A DNA stretch of 63,714 bases, the filler included, from Folioceros fuciformis (Eukaryota): the NCBI GenBank assembly GCA_049999805.1. It is 14 parts of 14 records of this genome, joined end to end, with 100 filler letters (N's around TTAATTAATTAA, not from the genome) between each part and the next. Parts side by side here need not be neighbours in the genome. Positions count along the whole stretch, not along the records: positions 11,751 to 13,283 come from JBNGIO010000863.1; positions 13,384 to 15,710 come from JBNGIO010000864.1; positions 15,811 to 29,192 come from JBNGIO010000865.1; 11 more parts are not named here. One strand, 5' to 3'. The position numbers and the translations under genes are program-made. Below the pieces are notes generated by a model, which saw nothing but the letters and a program-made list of their open reading frames with translations, was not told where the DNA came from and made no database searches. Of this stretch, positions 11,751 to 24,170 are shown piece by piece. Positions within the stretch are counted from its first letter, which is position 1; each line of letters opens with the position of its first letter.

Positions 11751-13283
11751 CTTCTACAAGGTTGGCCACCCTGCAGTGTGTGTCTTCAAGGGTGTGCCGG
11801 AACATGACCTGTAAAGGCTAGCTATGCAGTGTGTTTGGCCACCTACTGCTTACTCTATAGGCGTTGCCCCTTTGAATTCACAACAGTTGGCATCACTGTG
11901 GCATGCACGCTTAGGGCATGCTAACCGCCACAAGCTGATAGATATGTCAAAGCAATCTTGCCACAGGGAACCCTTGCCACCCTGCTTCAAGGGTCTTCCC
12001 GTCTGCGAGTCTTGTATTTTAGCCAAGGAGAGGGAGCTCCCGTTTCCAAGACATGCATACAGAGCAACAGGTCTGTTGGAGTTAGTCCATGCGGATATCT
12101 CTGGCAAACTCCACAAGCCCTCTCTTGGAGGTGCCCTGTATTATCTAACAATTACGGATGATTTCAGTAGATATTCATGGACCTACCCGATGCATCTGAA
12201 GAGTGACACGCTAGATTTTTTCAGGGAATGGTTACCTGTGGTGCAGAGGTAGTCAGGCTATCTCCTCAAGGTACTCCGCATGGATAATGGTACTGAGTTT
12301 GTGAATATTGCTTTTGATGCATTCCTCCAGGAGCATGGGATCCAGCTCTAGCTGATCGTGCCCTACACACAGCAACAAAACGGAGTTGCTAAGCGTAAAA
12401 ATCAGACGTTGCTCTCTATGACCAGAAGTATGCTCTTGTGGGCTAGCTTACCTCAGGATTTCTGGGCGGAGGCTATTGTCACTACTACATATATTCTTAA
12501 CATAGTTCTTACAAGCTCTGTTCCTGGCAAGACCCCCTTTGAAGTCTTCTGGCGCCGTAAGCCTAGCCTTCTTCATCTTCGCGTTTTCGGCTCCCGGGCA
12601 TATGCTTATATTCCAGCCGAAAAGCGAAAGAAGCTTGACAATCGAGCCCAGGCCCTTCTCTTCATCGGGTACAGTGAGACGGCCAAGGGCTATTGACTGT
12701 ATGATGCCCGCTCTCGAACAGTTACCCTCGCTCGGAGTATCACCTTTATGGAACCTTCACAGCTCGTTCAGTTATCTCCTCTTGATGCCCTTTTGCAAGC
12801 AGAGGGAGCTGTCCAGCCGGATGAGGATGACTCTGATGTCTGTCTTTACCCACAGGATGATGCCGAGCCCCCTACTTTGGTTGTGGTGCCACCAGTGGCT
12901 CCAGCCGCTCAAGGGGATCTCGCATCAGAGGGGGAAAGTGAGTTAAATGACAGCCACAGTGACACCGACAGCCAAAGTGATAGCCATAGCGAAAATGAAA
13001 ATGACGATCACCCAGTTGGTTATGAAGAAGATGACCTTGGACCATTTGAACTTGATGCCAATCCACCTGACCCAGTACCTAATGTGGAGCAACCTGAGCG
13101 TGAAGTTGTGGAAGAACCCGAACCTGAACTTTGACGTTCAACCAGACACAGACCTCCACCTGAGGACTGGAAGGAGCCACCATATGCTTCTATTGACTGG
13201 AGGACTTTTGGAGCTATAGTGAACATTCTGCCAGCTGATGAGCCTCGTTCCTATAAGGAAGCCATTGCAGGATCTGATAGTCT
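11751..13283 (+). mobile_element. Ty1/copia integrase region (GAG-pre-integrase, rve, SH3, acidic linker), degenerate
   Basis: LWHARLGH, CESC, LELVHADISG, TDDFSRYSW, PYTQQQNGVAKRKN, HLRVFGS, RKKLD..A..FIGY. Confidence 0.95.
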
Positions 13284-13429
13284 NNNNNNNNNNNNNNNNN
13301 NNNNNNNNNNNNNNNNNNNNNNNNNNNTTAATTAATTAANNNNNNNNNNNNNNNNNNNNNNNNNNNNNNNNNNNNNNNNNNNNGATGCGAGATTATCCTC
13401 CGTTGGGACACACTCAATAGTCACAAGAT

Positions 13430-14365
13430 GTGGGTTTAGGGTGCCAGGCCGCCCATAAGGGGGCGGGCAAGCCCCGGATGCGCCTAACCCCGCGGGGCAC
13501 ACAGGCGCCCGCCTAGGCCAAGGCACTAGCCCTACGCGCGCCAGAGCGCACTGATGCGGGCACCCGGTGCACGGGCGCCGAGGGCGCCGTACATGTCGCG
13601 GGCACCGAGGTCGGTGAAGGCGCCGTAGACGGTACAAGCGCTGTAGTTGGCACGGGCACCAAGTGATCATTTTGGTCGATACAAGCGACGCCGATGACGA
13701 CGTAGGTGCAAGCGACGTAGGCGCGTGCCAGCCAAGATCCCAACCGCGAGGCGGCCATATTTCGATCGGAGGATTTAGGCCCGCCGAGTCAGCTTGTGGA
13801 CAGCCGATTTGAAACGAGATTGAGGATAACAAAATCTACATTTCATTTCGACCGCTTTCTAACTAGCCTTTTGGTTGATTTGTATCGATTTTGAAACATG
13901 ACGTCCTCAGAAAACGTCATGTTCAATATCGAGAAGTTAGATGGTACTAACTTCCTGTTGTAGAAATAACAAGTGTATAATGTTCTAGTACAGAAGACTC
14001 AGATCAAGCCCATCAAGCAGCTAGGAGTGAAACCTGTTAGCATGACTCAGGATGAGTGGCAGGATCTAGATGCTTACTACATCTACCATCATGCTAACAT
14101 TGTCGAAGTCGGTCTTCTTCAATGTGAAAGACAAGACTACAAGCTACGAGCTATGGGAGAAGTTGTGTGACCTGTATGAGAAGCAAAGTGCAGCTTCTCA
14201 AGTGTATTGGTTGAAATAGCTGGTGGACTTGAAGATGAAGGAAGGGACAAGGATGTCCGATCATCTGAATGAGTTCAATACCATTTTCAGCCAGCTCTCA
14301 GCTCAAGGTATCTCGTTCCCAGATTCCGTGAGAGCTATGTTTCTATTGGTCACATTACCAGAGAG
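13430..14365 (+). mobile_element. Ty1/copia GC-rich leader and gag N-terminus (ATG 13898), degenerate
   Basis: MTSSENVMFNIEKLDGTNF..., LKMKEGTRMSDHLNEFNTIFSQL...LLVTLPES (UBN2-type gag). Confidence 0.85.
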
Positions 14366-15710
14366 CGGGGAAAATGACGTATTCCTTTTTGGATGGGTAC
14401 TCAGGGTATAACTAGTTACATTTCCAGGAGAGCGATTGGCCGTTAACTGCCTTCACCACTGACTGGGGAACATACGCCTACAAGCGCAGCGCATTTGGAC
14501 TGACTGGAGCACCAGGGTCCTTCATGAGAACAATTGTCAAGATTTTTAGGGATTTCCTACGAGACTTTATGGAAGTATTCCTGGACGATTTCTGTGTGTT
14601 TGGGTCAGCGGGGGAGCATCTACAGCACCTAAGGAAATGCCTGGAGAGGTGTAGAGAGGCCAAGCTATGCCTCCACCCGGAAAAGTGTTATTTCGGGATG
14701 TCAGAAGATATCTTATTGGGGCATAGAATTTCGGCTAGAGGGATTGAGGTGGATCCTAACAAAGTAAAGATCATTAAAGCACTCCGATCACCGACCACGC
14801 TAAAGGAGATGAGGGGATTTCTTGGGATGTTTGGATACTACCGGAGGTTCATCAAGAACTTCGCTAAATGGGCAGCGCCGTTGACCAGGTTGTTAAGGAA
14901 GGAGGAGGAATGGGTATGGACATCAGCACGGGAGGATGCGTTTCAGGATCTCAGGACCACGCTTGTAACTGCCCCAACGCTCAAAGGACCCGATTGGAGC
15001 AAGAAATTCCACGTATATGTCGACGTCTCAGCCTTTGCCATTGGGGTCGTGCTCGACCAACGAGATGAGAAGAAGAGGGACCACCCGATTTATTATGCAG
15101 GGCGACAACTGACAGAGGCAGAACGAAAATACTCAACCACGGAACGGGAAGCCCTGGGAATGGTGTATTCAGTCCGGAAATTTCGGCACTATCTGCTATC
15201 CTACGAATTCGTGTTCCATGTGGATCATTTCGCGCTAAAGCATTTGATGAACAAGGTAGATATGTCCGGAAGGATAGCCAGGTGGGTTTTGCTGTTGCAG
15301 GAGTTCACCTTTACAGTGGAGACCCGCCAGGGGCGCAAGCACGTCAACGCCGATTACCTCTCACGACTGCAGTCGGAGGAGGTAAGCCAGGATCAGGAGG
15401 ATGAGTTTCCGGATGAAGCTTTGTTCACAGCAGAAATCGAGGGTGAAGCGGCTGTGCCCAATCGTAAGCGCCAGCAGAAGGGGGGCACAGCAGGAAATGA
15501 GAAGGGGAGGGTCAAGTTTGTTCGGCCCACCTATTTGGGATTAGCGGAATTCCTGGAATCGGGGGTCATTCCTACCGATGTATCGAGACAGCAGAGGCAA
15601 GCTTGGGTGCACTACACTCGACCTTTCACCCGCAGCGGAGGGGAGCTGTATCAAACAGGGCCGGACGGACGCCCACGTCTATGGATAACAGGAGAAAGGA
15701 TTGAGCAAGT
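14366..15710 (+). mobile_element. Ty3/gypsy RT-RNase H fragment
   Basis: VFLDDF, RGFLGMFGYYRRFI, YVDVSAFAIG, YSTTEREAL, DH.ALK, ARWVLLLQEF, NADYLSRL. Confidence 0.95.
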
Positions 15711-15811
15711 NNNNNNNNNNNNNNNNNNNNNNNNNNNNNNNNNNNNNNNNNNNNTTAATTAATTAANNNNNNNNNNNNNNNNNNNNNNNNNNNNNNNNNN
15801 NNNNNNNNNNT

Positions 15812-16018
15812 TTGGACTGCATCTTCGGTGACAACGGACAGGGCCCGCTGCTCTACATCAAAATCGGGACCAGCAGCGGCCAAACTCACGAATGGGGCAA
15901 CGCGCTCGCAGTGGGCCTCAAGCTCAAGCTGGACGCCATCACTAACCTGCTCAGTCTCAGCATCTGCCGATTGAACGGTGCAGTCATCGTCATCAACGCT
16001 GGAGTTAGTGTTGGTTGA
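15812..16018 (+). CDS. C-terminal part of an unidentified gene, cut by the contig edge; paralog 1
   Basis: Open frame LDCIFGDNGQGPLLYIKIGTSSGQTHEWG... with strong G/C third-position bias, followed by AT-rich UTR-like DNA. Conserved in the 28985-29191 copy. Confidence 0.5.
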   Translation: MDCIFGDNGQGPLLYIKIGTSSGQTHEWGNALAVGLKLKLDAITNLLSLSICRLNGAVIVINAGVSVG

Positions 16019-16302
16019 AGTGTATCGATGCTGGGAAATTTTAGTCGATCTGTAAAGCAGCTTTATGTGTGATCACAGAAGTTGTGAATATCTGTAACTC
16101 CTCTTCCTGGACATGAGCTTGCTTGTTAGGAAAAACTTTGTGTATCTTTGGGTGTTTGGCAACCGTTTCTCTTGGACTTGCACTTGCGATCCTGTGATGT
16201 TTCAATTGTAATTTGCAATGTATAATGTGTAAAACCTTTGTTTGAAAGTGTAAGTTCGGTCCACTCTTTAAAATATCTGTAAGGAAATATGGCCAAGGCC
16301 AC

Positions 16303-16540
16303 GGTCATGGCCAGGAATGCATGAGAGCAGCTCTCTCCTATTGAACAGTGCAATGTGCAGCACGAGTGTCACTGAATTTCCTGGTCATGGCCAGGAATGC
16401 ATGAGAACAGCTCTCTCCAATTGAACGCTGCAATGTGGAGCACGAGTGTCACTGAATTTCCTCGTCATGGCCAAGAATGCATGCGAACAGCTCTCTCCAA
16501 TTGAACACTGCAATCTGCAGCACGAGTGTCACTGGTTTTC
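16303..16540. repeat. Tandem repeat, 3 x 80 bp
   Basis: GGTCATGGCCAGGAATGCATG... units at 16303, 16383 and 16463. Only one unit is present in the inverted paralogue. Confidence 0.9.
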
Positions 16541-17169
16541 CTGCTATGTGCCCTTTAATGCCCGCGATGTACATTTGTATGTGCCTGGCAGCTTTAATTT
16601 GATGGTTGGCATTTCCCAGAGTAGTCCGGAGGATATGTTGTGATCGACGGAGCGCAATTTGATGTCGCCTATCGAATCTTGGCCTTTCCGTAGAGGCCTG
16701 ATTGACTAGCAGGCCCATAACAAGGTCTGTATTTCACAGTTCCAATGTGCCACCGCTACAATGGGCTCGCTCATTTGGCTTAACTTGGTTGAGCTCAAGG
16801 CCAACCACTTGGCTACACTGCAGGTCACAGGGTTGAACCCAGTCCTGATTGCATGTTGTCTCGGTATATCTGCGACACATACAGATATCAATCGCTGCGT
16901 CACTTGACACCGTCATCGTGGACACTTTTACGTGGATGCAGAGGGCGATCTTCTCAAACCTTGGCAACGGGTGGCCACCTTTTTTTGAAGCTTGGACACA
17001 GATGTCCAAAGGCAACGGTCTCTGGTCCTAAATCTGGAAAGAGCAGAACTATTCGGGATTGCCAGGGTGCTATCCTTGGACACCAGTCAGCGAATAAGTT
17101 GCGCACGTGGCATGGACGGATTGGGAGGAACAAGGCCTGCGCTAAATCTAGAGTCACCAGTCACCAAGT

Positions 17170-17590
17170 TTTCATTGTAAGATGATAGGCTTGCCAACAA
17201 GAGCACCATCAAAGTTTTTTCCTTGAAGGCAGTGCCACTGCTTCCTCGAAACCCGAAGCTGTTCGTTCAAAGTTTCGACTTTAGCCAAATGCTCTTGCAT
17301 GTCGTCCTCTTCTACTATAATTCTCAACGTCATCATTTTCTTCAACAGAAAAACTTTAACTCCCTAGATCACCAGTCTGATAACGATCCTTCAATCTATC
17401 CCATGTCATCTTGGCCGTGGTCGCAGAGCAACCATTTTCAGCTGTTTGTCTTTCAATTACATGCAAATTGTGATAAACGCTGTCCGATAGCGTTGGCTCC
17501 ATCTGGTGGCAGCAACTTGTCATCGCTCATGACATAGTTTGCTCGCCCAGACACGACGTCCCACACTTCCTTCTATGCAGTATGATATGA
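17170..17590 (-). mobile_element. Highly degenerate copia gag remnant
   Basis: Across frameshifts: KEVWDVVSG...TAKMTWDRLKDRY...FLLKKMMTLRI...DDMQEHLAKVETL...LMVLLLASL. Confidence 0.65.
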
Positions 17591-19316
17591 TTTGTTTTTG
17601 AATTTCCACATGTGACAGTTCGGCTGAAAGAAGAAAGAAGAAGGCCACTAACTGGCATGGGAAGCGGGGAACGCGATCCGTTTCATTTTCTCTACATTAA
17701 CCTGGCTCAGGACGGGGACTACCTTCATGCCACACTGACTTTGCGCCGCTCAAATTTGCTCGGTTTACAGGAAGCAGTCCGTCCTGGAGTTACTGTCCGC
17801 TGTGCAAACTGTGTTCCAACCATGGTTTTAGACATGACCGTTGGTTGGGACTCGCAAACAAGGCGGGCTACAAAGGCAATGTCACGTCCCAGTCTGCAAG
17901 TTCCTTTTTGCATGAACGGGGGGTTACCACAAACCCGAGTCCGATCAACACTTACTCTCTCTACCGTTTTATATGCATTCTTACTCTCTCTACCGTGTCA
18001 CAATGCATATAACGCACCTTATTTGACAAATATGTGAAGATGGTGACGGTGAGAGTATCTAGTCCCTCTCCTAGAACAAGGTCTCTTTGAAGTAGAGACC
18101 TAGTCTCTAGCCTTTGGGAGTACACAAGTGAGCATGTTTTTGAAACATTGTGAATATGTATGTTTTGATGGATTAGTGAGGTAAAAGGAACATGCAAATA
18201 TATTCAATAAAATGACAAAACACGAAAGACCTAATATACAATGGAAAACGAAACATGTATCTATGGTCACAAGATATAGAAAAATGAAGAGGTTAGCACA
18301 ATGTAAGCTCTTTTTCTCATAGAAAAAAAAGTTCAAATTATGATAGCTTGTGCTGGTTATACAGTTACAAGGATAAAAACAAGGAGCAAGCATAAGACAC
18401 CCCCTTGAGATACACATGTGTAGTCACCTGCCCGTGTGTCCCAATCCAATGAGGCGTAAGGAGGGATGGGTCAAAGAATGTCTTGATGAGCCGGCTCTAC
18501 TCCGAAGTGGTATAGGTAGTCCAAGAGGCCAAGTATGGTTTCAAATCAAGGGCATGGTCGCACGGTGTATTCGGACCCCTAAGGAGGAGGGTGGAGAAGA
18601 ATGACAGGAAGGTGCTGGGGAGGTCGGGACAAGTGATATGTTCATTCTGCAATTGAGACTGCCGGGACTCTTGAGACTACTTCCACTACTATGCTCGAGC
18701 ACCAGAAGGAAGGTAAGTCGAGTTCGCATCCACAGCTTTGAGTTTGTCCCTTAGCATAGTATGAATAATAGCTATTATTTCCTTTTATTTCATTAATTTA
18801 GAAATGTAGTTATTACGAATAATTGACACATTCATGTAGCTAGAAAAAAGCTAGAACCCGGCAAGTGTGAGCATGCTAAAAAAACCCTTGAAAGACACTA
18901 ACACCAAGAGGCAAGGAAGTTAGTGTTCGAAGTTGCACCTAGAGAGCGTCGTAGTTAGAGAAGAAAGGCCTTGTACTCGTAAGTCCAGAATCTAGAGTTG
19001 GTTTTCTGTGTGCCCCTCGGATTGGTGCGAAGGTGTGACTGACAAACAGCCAGCGCGCGTACCCTGTATTGGCCCAGTTGCTTACACTGCAACTTTTGTG
19101 ATTCTCTCTCATCGCAAAGGAAAACACTTCACTTTGAAGACTCACGAGACCTTCATTATGTGGGGGTCTCCTACAATTAGGAGGGTGGTGCAGGTGTTCA
19201 TGAAGATTTGAGGAAGTAGGCCTATCGACCTGAGCCAAGCTTTAGCAGCGTCGATCTTCACCCAACGTCCTAGACATTGGCCTCAACTTGGCATCCTCAC
19301 ATCTAGAGCGGATGGT

Positions 19317-19830
19317 GGCAGTAGCAGCGCCCAACAGCACCAGCAGCGGCGCGTTGGCGGGCAGTAGCGGCGCCTAGCAACACCGGCGGCAGTAGTACCG
19401 CTGTCCAACAGCACCAGCGGCGGCAGTAGCAGCATGCAACAGCACTAGCGGCAATAGCACGCCCAACAACATTAGCGACAACCCGACGGAGGCAGTAGTA
19501 GCAGCGCCCAACAACATTGGCGGCAGCCTGGTGGAGGCAGAAGTAGCAGCGCCTAACATCATTGGCAGCAGCCCGACGAAGGTAGTAGTAGCAGTGCCCG
19601 ACAGCGGGCAAGAGAAGATCCCGGCCACAAGGAGGCGAGATCAGTCCTTGAGCACAGAGCAGTTCGGATCCCATCCGCGAGGCGGCGGGATTAATCCCTG
19701 AGCACGGGACAGCCTGGATCCCTGCCGTGAGGCAACAGCATCAGGCCCTAGGTGTGGGGCAGCCTAGATCCCAACCATGAGGCGACGGGATCAGGTACTG
19801 GGCATAGGATAACCTGGATCCCAATTGCCA
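19317..19830. repeat. Adjacent GC-rich tandem arrays (45-bp units, then 50-bp units)
   Basis: 45-bp CGCCCAACAACATT... units at about 19460, 19505 and 19550. GATCCC-anchored 50-bp units at 19617, 19667, 19717, 19767 and 19817. Confidence 0.8.
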
Positions 19831-20477
19831 GGTGGTGCGGCCGAATCCAGTGCTCGTAGGCATCCCCGGGATGCCCAAATACGGCTCGCTTGGTGGTGTG
19901 GCTGGGTCCACAGCCCAAAAGGGGAACTAATTCCGGCCACTAGGCAGTACGGCTAGATCCAGCGCCAATGTGCAACCAGATCCCAACCGTAGGCGACCCT
20001 ATCTCGACCATAGTGTGGCCAGATCAAGAACCGACCATAGGGCGGCCAGATTCCATCCGCAGGATAACCAAATCCTGGCCGCAATTAGCCAAATCAAGAA
20101 TTGGGCTTGGGAATATCAAATTTCAGCCACAAGTGTCCGAATTAGACCCCGACTCCAGTGTGGATCAGAATCGAGTCCAAGCACGAAGTGCCGGCCTCAA
20201 CCCGGGCCGCGAGGAGGATCGAATTACGACTCGAGCTCGAGGTGGTCACATCTAGGAGAGCTCACTCAGGATTCTCGGCTTCATCGACCTGCAGAAGACA
20301 TCCCAACTTGAGCAGCTTCATCGACCTGTAGAGGACGTCACAAATTGAGGAAGACCAGGAGACTTGAGCGGCTTCATCAACCTGCAGAGGACATTACAAC
20401 TTGAGGAAGACCAGGAGATTAGGAGAGCACTCTAAGAGGAAGTGCAGCCACAGGACAAGGAGCATTGTGGTTCAGGT

Positions 20478-21363
20478 TGTAAACTTTATAGATGCATGCT
20501 TATACATCTAAGAGGTGTGTGTGTGATTAATAGAAAGACTATACATATCTATTCTTGAGGTTAGTTGCAGTTATAACTGTCTTAGCTAACCTAACTTACA
20601 TCCTAGGGTTGCCCTAAGATATATAACCAATGTACTAAATAACTAATGTTTATTTTCTTAACACTCCCACTCATTGGGTATATATGCATTACCTACTTAA
20701 CCACTCATAAAATGACTAACCAGAACCAGTTTTTCAATATACTCGACTGCCGGGAAAACGTGGAAAAGATCCACTAAACCTACAAGCTACCAAACTCGTT
20801 TGGTCATAAACCTCACTGCGCACAACCCTGACTGCGCCGCCCAGTGCCGCTCAGCTCAGGATACCTTGCACTGCCAAGGATGGTGGCCAACGAGTCTGTC
20901 TTGGGTTCTGCACGCAAGCCAATTTCTCTAGACAACTCTTCTAAGAACGAGGATGAAGCTGGCCGCAGGAGACTCTACACAGTCGTTGAAGAGAAGGCGG
21001 AGGATCTACGTCCTTTGCACGCAGCTCCTGAAGTCCAGGCGCCGCCTATTCTACCTGAAGAGTTGCCTGCTCACATCACAGCTTACCTCGCTCCACGCCT
21101 AGCTCCGCTTGATGCCACTAACGCCAACGCTCTCATGTGCACCTGCCAGAGCGTTGCTTTTCGTTGTCCACAGCATGGTAGGGTTCCAAGGTGTCTAAGA
21201 GAGGTAGAGAAGGTGGCCAAGCGAACTAGCTTGTACTGGATGAGAAGAGTCCACCAGATGGAGGAACGTGAAGCTCTTCTGACTCACGAGATCTCTTCGC
21301 TCCGAAGACAGTTTCAAGATATATAACCAATGTACTAAATAACTAATGTTTATTTTCTTAACA
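20478..21363 (-). mobile_element. Internally deleted LTR retrotransposon: 47-bp 5' LTR stub, antisense ORF, PPT and full 3' LTR (20478-20662)
   Basis: Direct repeat 20617-20662 = 21317-21363. PPT GAGTGGGAG/TGTTAAG on the minus strand. Flanking TSD CAGGT/CAGGC. Confidence 0.8.
20880..21326 (+). CDS. Antisense accessory ORF of the deleted LTR element (CxC-x6-CxxH motif plus coiled coil)
   Basis: Uninterrupted 148-codon ATG ORF containing CTCQSVAFRCPQHG and WMRRVHQMEEREALLTHEISSLRRQF. Its end is created by the deletion junction. Confidence 0.5.
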   Translation: MVANESVLGSARKPISLDNSSKNEDEAGRRRLYTVVEEKAEDLRPLHAAPEVQAPPILPEELPAHITAYLAPRLAPLDATNANALMCTCQSVAFRCPQHGRVPRCLREVEKVAKRTSLYWMRRVHQMEEREALLTHEISSLRRQFQDI

Positions 21364-21916
21364 CAGGCCTACAGCACAAAATTCCCAGCTTGTTAATCAG
21401 CTTGCTCTTAGTTTCAAGTCTTGAATCCACCACCTCACATTCAATTTTGTAAGGTGGATTGCTTATGAATCACTCAATTGTTTACTTTCTCTATTCTAGC
21501 TGTTTGTTTAGGCACCGTTGTTTTTTCATATTCACGGGAGAATTGTATCCACATGCCAAATTGTGAATGTATTTCTAGCTGATCCGTAGGGACTAAGTGA
21601 TCCCTTCGTGAGGGGCATTATTCTCTTGGGAGGGTGGAAGGCTGCTAGCAACCTTTGTTCTTAACACCTATAGGGGATGCACTCTGAACAACATGAGTCT
21701 AGCCCTCGTTATAGGTTGAGGTCACGCGATATTCCTCGACAAGCCACCTCTCAGCAAGGACCGACCAGGAGACGACGGTCCTTTCAGTGGCAACAATAGC
21801 CACAAGAGGAATTGTTAGGAACCTAGTAGGAACCTAGCCCACCACTTGCCTTCTTGGAGTCAGTAGATAGCTAGTTTCCATTTTCTCATCTCACCACTAG
21901 CAAAGACTTCGGATCC

Positions 21917-23350
21917 TTGTTGGGAGATCACTTCGGACAATACAATCTTGAATCCAATTCTCTAGGAGTGAGATCAGATATAGCTGATCTTTTGGAGGAC
22001 TCGAACACCACGGAAGGTGGAGGGCCCTCATATGGGCAAGAGAAGTTCTCAGATAGGCCCAGAACTCAGTCATTGCGAGATTTTTGGCTGGCCTTGAATG
22101 CCATCATTAGTCGAGTTAATTTCAAGCATGGTGTTGCATACAACCACCAATACATGTTCAAATAGCTTTCCAGCTATCTTGCTGGTGAGGCATTGGATTT
22201 GTATGAGGTACATCAAGTTGATTTATCTTCCACTGTCTTCATAGCTAACCCCCAATTTTAGGGAGCGCTACAACTTGCCTACAATGGCAAGTTAGCCATG
22301 GCTGTGAGTGCCCACCAAGAGAAGATCACTGTTGGGACAGTTGCAGCCTCCATCCAACCACCATATGTGGTGAGCTTGATTGCTGCTGAACAAGTGACAG
22401 CCACAATAGGGATCCCAGAGTTCATCGAAACTCTTAAGTACAAAAACCCTCGCAAGAAGGGTGAGACTATATAGATGATCTTTCGCAGACTTCAAAAACT
22501 GTGAGAAGGGATAGGCATGCTCACTGACCAAGAGGTAGTTGAGAAGTTTTTTACTACACTGGAAGGTGACCCAGCTGGTGGACAAGTACAGGGACAACTA
22601 CACCCTGGAACAGGTGCATTAGGAGGCAGAGCACAAGGAGATTGCCTTCTCAGCATATGCCTCTCGGCATTCCAAGGCATTCACTCATTACCATAACATG
22701 TTCTCTAGCAAAGGGAGCACATCCGGAGGGGGAGGAGCTTCAAGTCCCAAGCCTACACATTCTAAGTCAACCAAGGCGGCAACTATGGCTACCTCAAAAG
22801 CATTGTGCAACCGTTGTGGTAGTCCTAACCATTTGGCGCTAGCATGCAAGCTTTTAATGGAAGGTATGTATTGCTCCCATTGTCACAAGACTGGCCATTT
22901 TATCACAGTCTATTTTCAAAGGCATCTGGAGTGCGGATATCATCAAGGTGGACTTGCATCTTCAATTGGGACTCCTATAGCCACCAATGGCAGCTCCAAT
23001 GCGTTGAAGGGTCATCCACCGCAAAATGGAGACAAGGCCAAGGGAGTAGCCAATGTGGACAAGATCTTAGGACTCACAGCCAAGCTAGAAACCCAACCTA
23101 TTGGTGGCAGCACCTCTACTCCCAAGCCATGGGATAGTTACGTTGACCCCTTACTGTGGATGCCAAGGGAAGGATCACAGCCTACCATAGGAGGCTTGTG
23201 CTATCCAGTGTCTTGTGGACACTAAGTCCAACCCAAACTTGCCAGCTACATAGGTGGGGTGTGAACTAAAGCAGGCACACTTGAATGTTGTAGAAGGGGA
23301 TGCTGACCTCGTGCGGAATGAAATTTTGTGTCCGGGGACACAATGAGTCC
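21917..23350 (+). mobile_element. Degenerate retrotransposon gag (probably Ty3/gypsy) with two zinc knuckles
   Basis: CNRCGSPNHLALAC and CSHCHKTGHFITV, plus a LSSYLAGEALDLY gag-like segment; many stops. Confidence 0.65.
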
Positions 23351-23567
23351 CACATTCACCCTCTATGTCGTTATAGCCCTAGGATTTGATCCCAAGGGAA
23401 TGGTTTGTGTCAAATTGTTTAAATTTACAACTACTAGACTCTCTACTAATAATTCCTACTTGAATGCACTCCACCACTGAACCTAAGTTCACCATTGTCA
23501 TCCTAATTCCTCCGTCACTGTAGTATGTTCCACCACCACGGTAGTCCATTCTAAAAACGGGCAAGAA

Positions 23568-24170
23568 TGTCTTAGCAAAAAAAGATTGCATTACCTATGT
23601 ACTGATGCGAGTTTATACAAGTACCGATTCAGTTACAACTGTTGTGAATACGGTTAAGTCCCTGAATAACTTAAGTAACTACTCGGCACTAACTGCTTGT
23701 CTAATGAAACGTGCCCTAAAGGGTTCCGGACATCTGTCAGCGTTAAACCCTTATCTACCTCCAACACTCCCCCTCGCTGCTGATCCGGAAGCTACTTTGC
23801 ACTGGTTGCCCATCGGCTGTGGCCTCAGTTTCGCACGCCTGCGTACAAATGATCCTGACTCTTCTTTCCAGCGTCTGGTGGTTTCTTCAGCTCCTGAGCC
23901 ACTTGGTCATGTGCATGATGGAGAAGATCGCAAGTCTCGAACAAACAAGGGTGCCCAAACGCAAGCCTGAAAAAACGAGAGGATGTTCATGTTCTGGCGG
24001 TGCCGGGCGAGATTCGCAGATGGATCGCGACTCGATCAGCATGGAGGAATTCATGAGGGCGTCTTCCCGACCTCTGCCGCCGGACGAAGAGTTCGAGTGA
24101 TGAAGCTGGGTAAAGAGCTGTTACTGCTTCAATCTCGGCTCCAACGTTGTCTAGATAAGCTTCCTTACTG
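23568..24170 (-). mobile_element. LTR retrotransposon 3' end (LTR 23568-23766, PPT 23767-23777), probably copia
   Basis: GCGAGGGGGAG/TGTTGGAG on the minus strand. The LTR shares TTAGGGCACGTTTCAT with the 52251 LTR. Confidence 0.75.
23819..24100 (+). CDS. Conserved antisense accessory ORF next to the PPT (small putative membrane protein), copy 1
   Basis: Protein-level homology to 51925-52197 (SSVWW.LQLL...VPK...SME.F.RA.SRPLP.DEE). The start codon here is GTG. Confidence 0.6.
   Translation: MASVSHACVQMILTLLSSVWWFLQLLSHLVMCMMEKIASLEQTRVPKRKPEKTRGCSCSGGAGRDSQMDRDSISMEEFMRASSRPLPPDEEFE

Larger units (their letters stand above)
15811..17020 (+). repeat. About 1.1-1.2 kb inverted duplication of 28108-29192, at the two ends of one contig
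   Basis: Both copies begin TTTGGACTGCATCTTCGG at the contig edges, and similarity decays inward. Confidence 0.85.

Noticed and set aside
19303-19674. Cys/Ala-rich ORFs over the 45-bp array
   Set aside because: Products of GC-rich tandem repeats open in several frames; no evidence of coding.
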